From NCBI GenBank assembly GCA_051362555.1, contig CM120641.1, forward strand, positions 19,220,001 to 19,284,000: DNA of 64,000 nt. Reading direction: 5' to 3'. Under the pieces are notes generated by a model. That model was given only the letters and a program-made list of their open reading frames with translations. It was not told where the DNA came from and ran no database searches. The translations under genes and the position numbers were made by a program. Source of the stretch: Lingula anatina (taxonomy: Eukaryota; Animalia; Brachiopoda). Positions 42,401-53,628 of the stretch are shown here, piece by piece (the stretch's first letter is position 1; each line of letters starts with the position of its first letter).

Positions 42401-44573
42401 TGCAGCTCATGATCATGTCTCTCTCAAGCCCACATTGACTATTCACACAAACAACAACAGCAACAGACTCAACCCCTACCTTGTCCCCACTGAACAACAG
42501 GCAATAATGAAAGTATTTTTTTACCTTTCTTAAGTTTCGTGCCAAAGACACCGGGTCATGTAATGCAGTATCATATTAGTTTACTATTTGTCAGTAGTTG
42601 TCAGTTGCTTACATCAGCACTAGTGGTGCAGGAATAAAGAACATCTTAAGGCTGAATGTGTGTTCTTATAAATTGACAAAACTGCTTACTTGTCATGCAG
42701 TGAATTTGGTTAAAATTTGTTGATAGCAGAAAAATATGCACTTAAACCTAAAAGTTTCTTGGTTTTGTGTATTTTATGTATATATTTTATAAAACTTCAT
42801 TTATATATTATTCTACCATGTAAATAATTTGTGTTCTGTTTCAGTTACATAATATTTTACAGAAAGAGTTCATTATATTTTCTCCTTGCATTCAGGTTAC
42901 TAACTACATGGGTATTGAGTGGATGCGCCGTCACCTTGCTCCCAGAGGTATTCGTGTGCATGTGGTGAGCTTCAAAGACCCTAACCCCATGCATATTGAT
43001 GCCACTTTCAACATCATAGGACCAGGTCTTGTGTTGTCCAACCCTGACCGCCCGTGTAACCAAATTGAGATGTTCCACAAGGCAGGATGGACTGTGGTCA
43101 AGCCACCCACTCCTCTTATACCTGACGGTAATTAGAAATGGAAAATTCTTCTTTTTTTTTCAGTGTTGAAAAATTGACATTGTTTCTGTTTCTATAATTT
43201 TTTTCAATATAAAAGTAAAATTTTAATTTTGAAATATCTAACTGAAATCCTATATGGTAATTGAATTGGAATGAACTATTTAGTTTTTTAATTGGTGTGC
43301 ATGTGAGATTGATGGCAGTATTATACCAATTATATTTCAAATTTTAATTATATCTATTTCCTTTGTAATACTTTTCATCATTGTTATTTTAAAATTACTG
43401 GTGCATTACTGGTGCATTATTTTGTTTAAAATAAAAAATGCAGTATTACTTACCCAGCTGTAAAGATATATAAAGTCAAAGGACCATCTCTGGATTTTTG
43501 TTGTCTTTATACTTCCATTTTCTTATGGAAACTTGCTAGACTGGCCGGACACTTACTGAAGACAGATATTCCTTTCATTTCTTTAATAGTAGAATCATTA
43601 CGCCTAGTCACAATCAACCTGTACCAATTAAGGGTGTACATTACAAGCAAAAATTGAACTATATGCAATTTGTATGTGTGATGAAACCGAGGACTCGTGT
43701 AACAGACTGTCCACCCTCAATTTAATTATGCAGTTTAGCTGGGGCGGATTTAGGCCGTCTTCTGGGTCTTCCGGAAGACGGTCAGATTTTCAAGTTTACA
43801 TTGATGGGTATCTTATCTTTTCTGTCGGAAGACAGTCAAAATGGAGGAGGGATCAATAAAGATAATTTGGAAGCCTGTCAGAAAATATCTCTGGATCCGC
43901 CCCTGGTTTAGGGTTAGCCTGATGGAAATGGTCTGAAAACTGGGGCAAGGTTTACATGTGCAATTTAATGGGAACCAGACTCTATCAAGGGGTCTCTTTG
44001 TCATGCCACGTTTGCATCTTGTATGAAATAAAGCAGAAAAAAGATGTTTAATTAGAATTTCATGGAAATAACTGTACAACTTTCATAAGCAGAGAACAGA
44101 TATAGGTAGTCAAAGAACATGGCAAGGGCATCTGTAGGCATATGTGTAGACACACTGTGCATACTTTTCCCCAAAAAATTTGGGCTCCTTTATAAGTTGG
44201 TTAGTGGGTAACATTGCCCTACACGTACCTTTCAAGACCAAACACAAAGACCCTTGCTGTAACCAGGTAAAAACCCAGTAGGTACAGTATAATAATATTG
44301 ATTATTCCAGATCATCCTCTGTGGATGTCTTCCAAGTGGCTGTCCATGAATGTCCTGATGCTGGACCCAAAACGTGTTTTGGTTGAAAAACACGAGACCA
44401 CAACTCAGAAGATGTTTGAGAAGCTGGGCATCGAGTGCGTTCCAGTGTCTATTCGCCATGCCAACTCCCTGGGCGGGGGTTTCCACTGCTGGACCTGTGA
44501 TGTCCGCCGCGAAGGAATCCTGGAATCTTACTTTGATGTGCCAGAGGATCAGTACATGTCAGCACTGGATTAG
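33500..44573 (+). CDS. GATM: Glycine amidinotransferase (L-arginine:glycine amidinotransferase, AGAT), mitochondrial precursor, 7 coding exons, ~429 aa
   Basis: Exons 33500-33565, 35467-35670, 39614-39809, 40108-40298, 41580-41717, 42896-43127, 44311-44573 (1290 nt). Exon 1 [22 protein letters not shown] resembles the vertebrate GATM presequence. Motifs: [28 protein letters not shown] (catalytic Asp), PMHIDAT (catalytic His), [11 protein letters not shown] (catalytic Cys). Confidence 0.95.
35021..35235. mobile_element. MITE, PIF/Harbinger (Tourist)-like, in GATM intron 1
   Basis: TIR GACTGCATTCCCACAGATTT(T)AGATCGATC / GATCGATCTAAATCTGTGGGAATGCAGTC, with TAA directly repeated at 35018-35020 and 35236-35238. 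Confidence 0.85.
36397..37745. mobile_element. Non-autonomous Ginger1-like DNA transposon nested in the piggyBac-like element
   Basis: Termini TGTACCATGTAATCTGACTCCCCC ... GGGGGAGTCAGATTTTCATGTTACA, with long imperfect TIRs (~300 bp). It is flanked by CCGG (36393-36396) and CCAG (37746-37749), and contains ~190-bp tandem repeats. Confidence 0.7.
36547..37075. repeat. ~190-bp tandem repeat, about 2.7 copies, inside the Ginger1-like element
   Basis: The unit aaagattt.tatt.taacacccaatgactcccctatgaaaaagctatttatttgatatttgatgatcattctgacatcttttctttgaggatac.. starts at ~36551, ~36747 and ~36936. An inverted copy lies at ~37400-37545. Confidence 0.85.
40326..40371. repeat. 23-bp direct tandem duplication
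   Basis: TTATGTGGATATCCATGATATGC occurs twice back to back. Confidence 0.85.
43739..43905. mobile_element. Short MITE with CAGGGGCGGATCCAG-type TIRs (hAT-like) in GATM intron 6
   Basis: Left CTGGGGCGGATTTAG, right CTGGATCCGCCCCTG. GTTTAG is directly repeated at 43733-43738 and 43906-43911. Confidence 0.7.
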
Positions 44574-46423
44574 ATATACATCAGGTTTCCCTGAAGCTCA
44601 CACATGGACAATATGATATGCTAGATACTTAGAGAAGAATGTTTGTTGATCACATTAGGCATTAGGTGAATAATTGGAGGGGTGATTGAAAAGTTTGATT
44701 TAAGCTGAACCAGAAAGTGTAATGGTGTTTCATCCTTTGTATTTGGAGAAAGCATCATTTCTTTTGATTAAATGTGAAGCTTTGAAACACTGTGCACTTG
44801 GTTGCAGACATAGTACGTCAGTGAATTGAGTAGGCAGGTGCCAGATTCTGAGCCAGGTTCAAAACTTTTCAATCATCCCATGGTATGTTAATTTGAATTG
44901 CTTGCTTTGTTTTGAGATTTTTACAAGTTTTTGTTTGTTCACTTTCCAATCCGCCTTTCATAAAAATAGAAAGCATTACAGGACTGGTTCAAGAAAAGGC
45001 TTCTTGTTATATGCTTTACATACAGAAGCGAAGATCAATTTCCAGGAAAAGCAATATGTTAAAGAATTTTTTTGTGTTTTGGAACAGCTTTTCAGCATGG
45101 AATGCTGGCTTTGATCTGCATTTAATATATTGCTTTTTAAATTGCAGACAGATGGTTGGATACAGAGAAATCTTATTTTTGATATTTTTTCATTTCTCTT
45201 ATAATTGTTGTGTTGAATTTTATTTATTGCACAAAAGCATGTGAGGTTTAATTTCAGTTTTGCTCATACCTGTTAGTGATCTTCATAATTGCTAAGGTGC
45301 AGATAAAACAAACACTGGCTATGCAGAACTTAATAATCTGGTGATTATTTTTGATTTACATGCATCTGTGCAACAGACCATGATAGACCAGTTTATACCA
45401 TTCGCTTTTATGGATTGCTATTTTACTCAGATATATATACTTTTAAAAATTTATTAGGCAATAATATATTTTGTTATCAAATATTTTGGTACATAAATGT
45501 TCCAGGTTTCATTTTTGTCATCATTGGTTGTATGGCAGCAAATTAAATTTAGTTGAAAACATTAATTGGTTAAAAGCACAACCCATCTTGGATAGCAGTT
45601 ATATGTGAGATAAATACATGTAATAGCAGTTTGCCTTAAGCAATAGCCCAGGTTTTTCCTCAAGTAGATTAAAAAATATAAAACTTTGTTGTATGAATTA
45701 GAATTAAAATTTATGGATTGAAGAGGTCATCCAAGAATTTGAGAAAAACAATGCTTTGTTTCAGGCATGATATGACCAATTGAAGCCTACAAACCTTGTA
45801 TGTAAAATGATACTTAATTGGTATGGTTTTTGCATGTCAAATATTTGATTTTAGCCATGAAAAAAACTTCATTGGAATGCATGTTTTTTTTCTGTAGTCT
45901 TTGAACTTCAATTGACAATAAAATTGTGAGCTTGCAAATTGTCACTATTGAAGTCATTTCCAATACTAAACATCCTAAGTAAAGTTTTCCAGAGTGAAAA
46001 CTTAAATCAACATGAGGTAAAAAAATGGCATAATATGGTTTCAAGTACAGTACATTTTATATTTATTAATTATTAAACGAGATGTGAAATGGTTGCAATT
46101 TCATAAATATGAGGGTTTGGAATACCTTTTGCATTCCGTGTGATTGGCCTTATTTTTCTAGCATGATGCATTATTTGAGCCCAATATTCAGCGTGAAACG
46201 TGATTCAGTTCTTGGTGATTGGTATTTGAGCTGATTGGTGATAAAGCGGAGTATTCCCTACCCTCTATCATGTAACCATTTAATGCACACAAATAATTAT
46301 AATGATAATAATGATGAAAAGACAATTTTTAAAAAAATATTTATTTTAAGTATAAATTCCATATATATGTTCTGTAGACTTCACAATTATGTGTATTACA
46401 TACATGTAACAAATAGGCACCTG

Positions 46424-46761
46424 GGCCCAGTTGCACCAACAGGGCGTAAATTTACTCGACTGTCGTAAACCGCAACGCCTGGCGTCCGTGCGCCAGGTTT
46501 ACTCTCCCTGCTTACGCCCGTTGCACCAAGACAAAAACTGATTGTCGTAACTACGCCCGAGGAACGCTCCGTTGCGTCACTGGCCAAAAATACGTGAATG
46601 GTATAATTGGGCAAATGAGGTGATCTCAGCTGCAGTCATAATGGAATGATGACATAAATAAACACAAAAAGAGCATTTCAGAGACAGAGAAATTCATAAG
46701 CTACATTATTCCATTTTGACCTAGTAATAAGAACATACACATATAATGTATTTAGTAATCA

Positions 46762-46825
<64 letters not shown>

Positions 46826-47118
46826 GTTTTTTAAAAACCAAGCTATACAGATGGCAGATTTGAGTAAGAAACTAACAAATAACAACCCACATTTTCTACG
46901 TTAACTACAATAATTGTCATCAAACTCTCTTTGTACTTGCCTAGCCATAGTGGAAAACGAGCTACAACCGACTTACACCACCTAGCTGGCAGGCGTAAAT
47001 TTACGACTAAGTTAAGACCGACATAAACACTATTCTAGTTTGGTGCAACTGGCTATACTCGGGCGTAGCGATTTGCGCCTGGTTTACGCTGGCGCAACTG
47101 CTACGCCTTACGACTGGT
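46424..47118. mobile_element. Non-autonomous DNA transposon remnant (Harbinger-like GGCCCAGTTGCACCAA end) containing a (TA)n tract
   Basis: CTG|GGCCCAGTTGCACCAAC at the left end, a GTTGCACCAA repeat at ~46520 and inverted TTGGTGCAAC at ~47040. Both arms carry GGCGTAAATTTAC motifs and are CpG-rich relative to the flanks. The right terminus was not found; the element abuts a SINE. Confidence 0.6.
46764..46821. repeat. (TA)n microsatellite
   Basis: About 29 TA units read directly. Confidence 0.9.
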
Positions 47119-47119
47119 C

Positions 47120-47363
47120 ATTACAATCTGTGTGAGCGATCTCGCCTCCCTGTGAAAGATACAGCTCCGCTGTCGTATGAGGTGCTGAGTGCTTTCAAAC
47201 GTTCTCTGCCTGACCAGGACCCTACTTCATCCCGTAAGTGCTGAGTTCCAAGCGGGGAGACAGCAGGTACCCTTTATAAAGGACTGGTATGTCCCAGGAT
47301 GGGGTCAAACCAACGTCCTCCTGCTCCAGAGGCCGACACTCTAACCACAAGGCCATCCGGTGC
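47120..47363 (-). mobile_element. tRNA-derived SINE, MetaSINE-like
   Basis: The minus strand reads GCACCGGATGGCCTTGTGGTTAGAG (A box) .. GGTTTGACCCC (degenerate B box) .. TTTATAAAGGGTACCTGCTGTCTCCCCGCTTGGAACTCAGCACTTACGGGA. The last part resembles the Meta core domain as I recall it. Confidence 0.75.
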
Positions 47364-48298
47364 ATGACCAAAAACAACCAAATATTAGGCACCAAATCTG
47401 GCTCAATTACAGGCACAGTAATCAGAATGTATGTAGCACTAAGTGCCTGCATGTAATAACTTTGTCAGCAGCAGAAATTGGAACAGAAAAAGCAACATAA
47501 TCTGATGTAATACAGTTAGTCTTCATTTACAGCATGGATTGCAATTCACCTAAAACAGAAGTTTCATGGAAACAAAACAATTGCCTCACTAATGAATTAG
47601 ATGAAGTGGTTGAAGAAAGGAGAGGAAGCTGATATACAGCATGGACATGATGTACGTTTTGAATTTACTACCAACTTAAGCTAGACGTCTCATCCAAGCA
47701 CATCAAGCACAATGTTGCTTCATTCCTCATTCCCTGTCCCACAGACTGTATCCCATGCAAAGATTATAACAATGGCATTAACATGATATGAAGATAATAT
47801 TCTTTGCACAACTTACATTTACTTATGCTTCTGAATTTAGATATAAGGTTACATGTATATACCTTCAAGATGTCTTTACCCTACAGAAATGCAGTGAATT
47901 TTGCAAATGTATTTTATAACATTATAATAATAATGCAAGTAATGACATTGCACATTTTTATACAGTGGCTCGCAGGAATGTTTTCTTTCTGATATTTCAA
48001 AGTATAACAATCACAATAAAAGCAGACTTTCATATCTTTGACATAAATCTATTAGACGATACATAAAAAATATGGGCACAGCTAACCCACAGTTACTTTT
48101 AAAATTCATATTTGCACTTCATGTAAGCGTTGACACTTCTCACTTTTATTTTATACAAAAATAGCCTCTGATGCATATATTTTAAAATCAGCCACAATTT
48201 TGAATTTTTTGTTAATAAAAAATATCATCTACTGACTGAATTCAGCATCAAATTGAATATAGCACAGATAACAGTTGGCAGGTACATAAAGTTGCGTG

Positions 48299-51200
48299 TC
48301 ATAATTTAGAGGGCACAGGTGCAGACAAATGTTTTCTGAAGAATTCCAGTATTCTCTTCCAGTGATGTACCTCAGCTTTTATATGTGCCTGTGCATCTCC
48401 TCCCCATGCTATTATAGTGCCTGGAACAAACAGAAAAGTAATGACTAACTGAATAAAAAAATGTATATCAGAGTAAGCTCTAATACTAGCAAACAGTGTA
48501 ATGCCAATTTACGAAACATACAGTTTATTAAAAACTTTAATTAACCTTTTCTCTAGCAAAAATAAAACCAATTTCAAATTCTCTTTCAAATAAATTCTAC
48601 TTTCTCCCAAAGATAAATATTATGTAGCAAAGAAGTCATTCGTAACTGAAAATATATGTATCGTAATTGGAACAATATAAATATACAACTGAAAACTTAT
48701 ATTTCAGGTTTTCTAAAAAACAAAGTACTTCAAATCAGATTTTAAGTAATACTAGTACAATTCTCACTACTGAAAGAAAATGCTTGATTGCTGTCTCTAC
48801 CATGTTATCCTAACTTAGTGCAGAGGGTAATGCAGGACAACCAAAGCAATCTGCTTCAAACATGATACTGACATACCTAGGATTTTGTGGTAAGATGTTT
48901 TACAATGAGGTGCATAGGGAGGTTCAATAAGATGTCCTGCCCCATCATATACATGGATCTCATAGTCTTTGTGTCCACAAGAATGTAACCGTTCTGAAAT
49001 CATTTTTGCACTCTGGGGAGCATCAAATGATAGCTCATCTGCTCCAAAAAACAATAAAAGAGGAGCATTGATCTGTTCTACCTGAAAGAAAAAAAAAAAA
49101 ACGTTATAAACTTACATGTTTTTACATTTATCATTTTACAAATAAGTTAAAAAACTTGTGATACCAAAATGGTATGTGATAATATCATATAGCATAATAT
49201 CAGATACCCTTATTTGCATAAAATAAATTTTTAAAAAGCATTTTCATTCCTATTTTTCCTGGAAAAAATTTTAAAAGGTGCTCCACATTCAGTGAAATTA
49301 TTTTAATCACATAATGACAAATATATTAAATTTTACTTTTTTATTTATTTATCATTTTATTTATTTATTTATTTTTATTTTTCATTAATTTTTTTCTACA
49401 ATTCGTCAATTTGATTACAGGTGTAAGACTAATAAATAATTCTAGGAATGCATATCTTTTCAACCTAATACGGAAAGTCGAGTACCTTTATCATATATTC
49501 CTCTTCTATTTCCTCAGGGAAACAGGTTTTAAAACAAATGCCACCATCACACATAGATACATTGGCTAGATCACCACTGAAAATTCAAATACACCCGACG
49601 TCATAAAATGGAAGCTTTTTATTTCCATATTGTAAGCTATCGTCATTCTTCATGCAGAATTTAGTGAAAACTTCATCAGTGCACACGCACAAATATAGAC
49701 ACTATTTTGCAAATTTAAAGGTGAAAATTTGATCTCTTTCAAAATTTAATCCCCATCAACCTATTCTTTTACCACTATGTGCTGTTCAAAATACAGCAAA
49801 CTTTTTGTGTAGATAAATCACTGCCACTGCATCTTTTTCCTTCTTCTAAATTATACATATTTTTCAGTTCTCAAATCATGCAAATAAATTGGACAGTGCA
49901 AGATTTTAAACACATATTTTTTCCTTAAAATTACATAAAATACATCTTATTAAGCTCATCCAAGAACAAGTAATACTCCTTGGCCATTTTTACTGATAAA
50001 TGCCATATATTTTAATATTTATCTGTTTTTATATATCTGACATTTAATTTATAAATCATATTTATCTCCTTCCATCAACAGTGTAAAAAGAGCCACCTAA
50101 GCAGAGCCCCTGTGCTTGAAATATCCAAATAAATAAACTAAAAAGCAGAAACAAAATGTGTGCGCACTTGTGAATGATATTCTTTTTAACAACATGAAGC
50201 TTTAATACATGTGAAAACATCTCAAAGTAGATTCATCCAATTAAATATGCCCTAGCTGCAATGTGAAAAGGGACATATAAAAGGCTTACATATTTTCATG
50301 GAATGTCTAGTGCAAAAAATTCAGAACATTTTCCATGAAAACACATTTCAATTAATTTTTTTCCAATTTATCCTTTTATGGAAATACAAGATATCAACAA
50401 CATTTTTCGTCCTATGGAATAATTTCCAAGGTTTGACATCTAAAGTACTAGTACTCACTTAGCTGCTGGCAATATTTTATCCCCAATCTTCATTTCCATA
50501 AAGTCCACAAATGCTAGCCCGCTGACAGTGACCACAGCCTTAACCTTTTTTAGTTATTGGGAAAAATGTAATGAAACAGATAATTAACTCTCTATCTATA
50601 AACCTTCATGATGCCCCCCCCCCCCCTCCCCCCAGTGGTTTAAAATAATATTTGGGTTAAAAGACTTCTGTTTTTGAACATTTCCTCTGACTTGACAATA
50701 ATCTTTAAAAATGAAATCATCACTCTTGTCTACTTTATCAAAAAGATTATTTCATAAATTTCCCACATCATTCAATTTCACTAAAGCTATTAAAAGCAAC
50801 CTAACCTGGGGAAAATGAATTGCTGAGATCAGAGCAATTTGTGCACCTTTAGATGTTCCAATCACTCCAATACCACCCGGAGTCACACTTGGATGGTGAC
50901 TCAGCCATTCTGCAGCTTCCTATGGACAAAACAATACTGTTTAAAGTTCTTTATAAAAAGCAACTCTGATAAATACATATCTAGCTGATTAGTTACAATC
51001 TGGCCAGAAGAATAACAAAACAAACCCACATATTTTAAATAAATTTATCATACTGGATTATGAATACACTTGAATTTCTTCTATAAGGATCCTTTAACAT
51101 AACACATACCATGCTACTTTTTAGATGTTCTGTCCCAAGGAAGTATATGTCCCATTTACTTCTTTGTCTGTTCTTACAATATAAACATGATAGCCACTAA

Positions 51201-52994
51201 CTAGATTCAATAGATCACAAATATTTCATATAAGCAATAATGTTTTATTTTATTTGGTCAAAGATAAATTATTTATTTTCTGCCGAACTTAGGCATACAT
51301 GTACTAGCCAAAGTCAGGAATCCTTACTCTTCAAAGACTGGCTTGCTGAACTAGTAGCAGGAGCAGGTTGTCACCACTTAAAATTAATGCTGATCCTGAT
51401 CATTTCTGACAAATGGCATCCTGAGGCTAAATGTGCATTTTGAAAAACTATAAATCACACATTAAATGTGAACATGGCAGGAATCAACATACCCCAAAAT
51501 ATGTCAAGTTCACATCCATAAATTTCTTTGGTAAGTCTTCATAACCAAAGTATGCCAATGCTAACACAACAAATCCCCTTGATGCCAGCAGTGAGGCTCT
51601 GTGTTCTATCAAGCCACCTGCAGCTCCAAAGAGGTCAATCACACCTGGATAAGACTCCTGGCCTGTTAAAGTTCAATAAAAAAAGATATAACAATGATAA
51701 TAAAAACAAAAAATTGCACAAAAATTTCAACAAACTTTTCTGCATTATTTTTTTTCAGAAACATACCCACTTTACCTTTTGGTACAAAAAGTGCTCCACG
51801 TAAAGCTCCTTCTCTAACTGGTATTCTTTCCACATTATCAGCCATATAAAGTCTTTCAATATTAGCCTCAGCTACTGGGACCTGAACATTGTTGTTGGGA
51901 GAGTATGGGTCAATGTGTCCACTGAGCAATGATATATGTACATTGTAGGGTGTTGTAACATCCTTCTTCATCAGTCTCAGTCCATCTCGTTGACCAGGCA
52001 CTGGTACCATACTCCAATATAATCCCATTACATCAGTCCCTTGCAAAAAAGCAAACCGAGACAATAATTAATTTAATTTTTCAGCTCATATACCTTGATG
52101 TTGGAGTAATTATAGACAATGCTTACTGAAGGCAGTAAATCTTCCTGTCTTCAAAATGTCAATACCTGTGTACGATCCACCAAGAGATGGTGATGTGGCT
52201 GTGTTCACTTCTCCATTACTGTTGGCAATAAAATGTGCATAAGCTCCAAACTTCATCCCCTTCTCCTCCAAGAATGACTTCACTGTAACAGTAGCACTAG
52301 ACGTCAGGCCTTTGATTTGGAGTTCAACCTAGATTTACAATTAAGTACATAATTAAATGTTCATGTATACTGGTATTAAGCACCATAAGTAAGACAAAAG
52401 GTGTTATTAATCTACTAGTATAAATGGTAAAATAACATATAACTGAGTACATTAATGTACCTTTAATTTGCAAGAGTTGATTAAAGCAGACAATACAGAT
52501 ATTGAAGAACTCATACTGACACAGACTGACTAGGCACAAATTGAAATGATAATGCAGAATGCTAGACATTGCTAGTACAACCATGGTATACATTCACTGA
52601 GTCATGTTCAAGACTTTTTTTCAAAACATGCTTTGATTGTTACCCTAGTCTAACTACACTATTTGAACAGCCTCTTCAAATGTCGTAAGCATGTAGGTGT
52701 TACTTTCTCCAATATGAACACCCAGTTGGTGTACCTTCTCATCCATCATCACTCTTCCAGGCACTGCTTGCATCTTTACCCCATTCATCATGTGCTTGGA
52801 AGTTGAAAGAAATGCTTTTGGAGTAAAATATGTACACAAACTGTTGGGCAGATTATACCGCTTACCTGAAATATTAAAAGAAAAAATCCATGAAAAAGCA
52901 GACATGAGAGTAAAACTCTTTCAGGTAAATTCAGGAAATATTTGTCAATTTTACAAGGACTGCGAGAGACCAGACTCAATAATTTTATAATGTC

Positions 52995-53050
<56 letters not shown>

Positions 53051-53298
53051 AACAAATGTATTGATCAATATTGTGCAGAGCACAATTAGACTCCTATAAG
53101 ACTCCCTGTCCCTTTTCCCATACTTCTGAGCAGTGGGTTAAAAATGGGACTAGCTACTGATGCTTTTCATTTTAAAAAGTGTGGGTATACTAGCTAATTC
53201 TAAGTCTAGTTATTGTTGTTTAACAAACAGATGACTTTGTATAATGGCAGCTCTACATACAAAACTCTCAACAATTTTTCTCAGTACTTGCCTAGCAT
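48299..53298 (-). CDS. Type I acyl-CoA thioesterase / BAAT-family alpha/beta hydrolase with C-terminal PTS1 (-SKL), ~450 aa
   Basis: Exons 53298-53292 (ATGCTAG|gcaagt, tentative), 52865-52735, 52328-52166, 52039-51776, 51662-51493, 50919-50806, 50544-50459, 49576-49486, 49081-48877, 48420-48299 (1353 nt). Motifs: GGSYTG[10 protein letters not shown], [39 protein letters not shown] (Ser nucleophile), [10 protein letters not shown] (His), WGG, ending PSKL*. Confidence 0.9.
52996..53046. repeat. Poly-A tract (~51 nt) in ACOT intron 1
   Basis: Homopolymer read directly. Confidence 0.9.
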
Positions 53299-53628
53299 AT
53301 AAAACCGAAGACTGTACCGTACCGATACATTTACCGAGTTTTGAAAGTCAAGTTGTTGTGGTGTCTACCTTTACACAAGACGAGCCACATAACTTTGTTT
53401 TAGATTAATATTACAAAACATTTCACAGGGTCAATTCTAACTTTTTAATATTGTCATTTTGATACTACAGCAATATCAGATCATTCTATGCCCCAAAGAA
53501 GCAAACGAAAAATACTGTTAAGCTTTCTTTGATGCTGTCTTTAATTTCTTTTGTATTTGGAAACACGAAATGTGCTTTCATGACTTCCGGTTTAAAAGAG
53601 AGCGTGCTTTGTGCCAGTTAATATAAGA
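53299..53628. promoter_or_regulatory. Putative bidirectional promoter between ACOT-like gene (-) and XRN2 (+)
   Basis: The start codons diverge ~330 bp apart. An ETS/GABP-type ACTTCCGG lies at 53583-53590, and CpG is locally retained. Confidence 0.55.

Noticed and set aside
47290-47363. tRNA-like A/B boxes on the minus strand
   Set aside because: There is no acceptor stem or intact cloverleaf, and the sequence continues into a SINE core, so it is called a SINE head.
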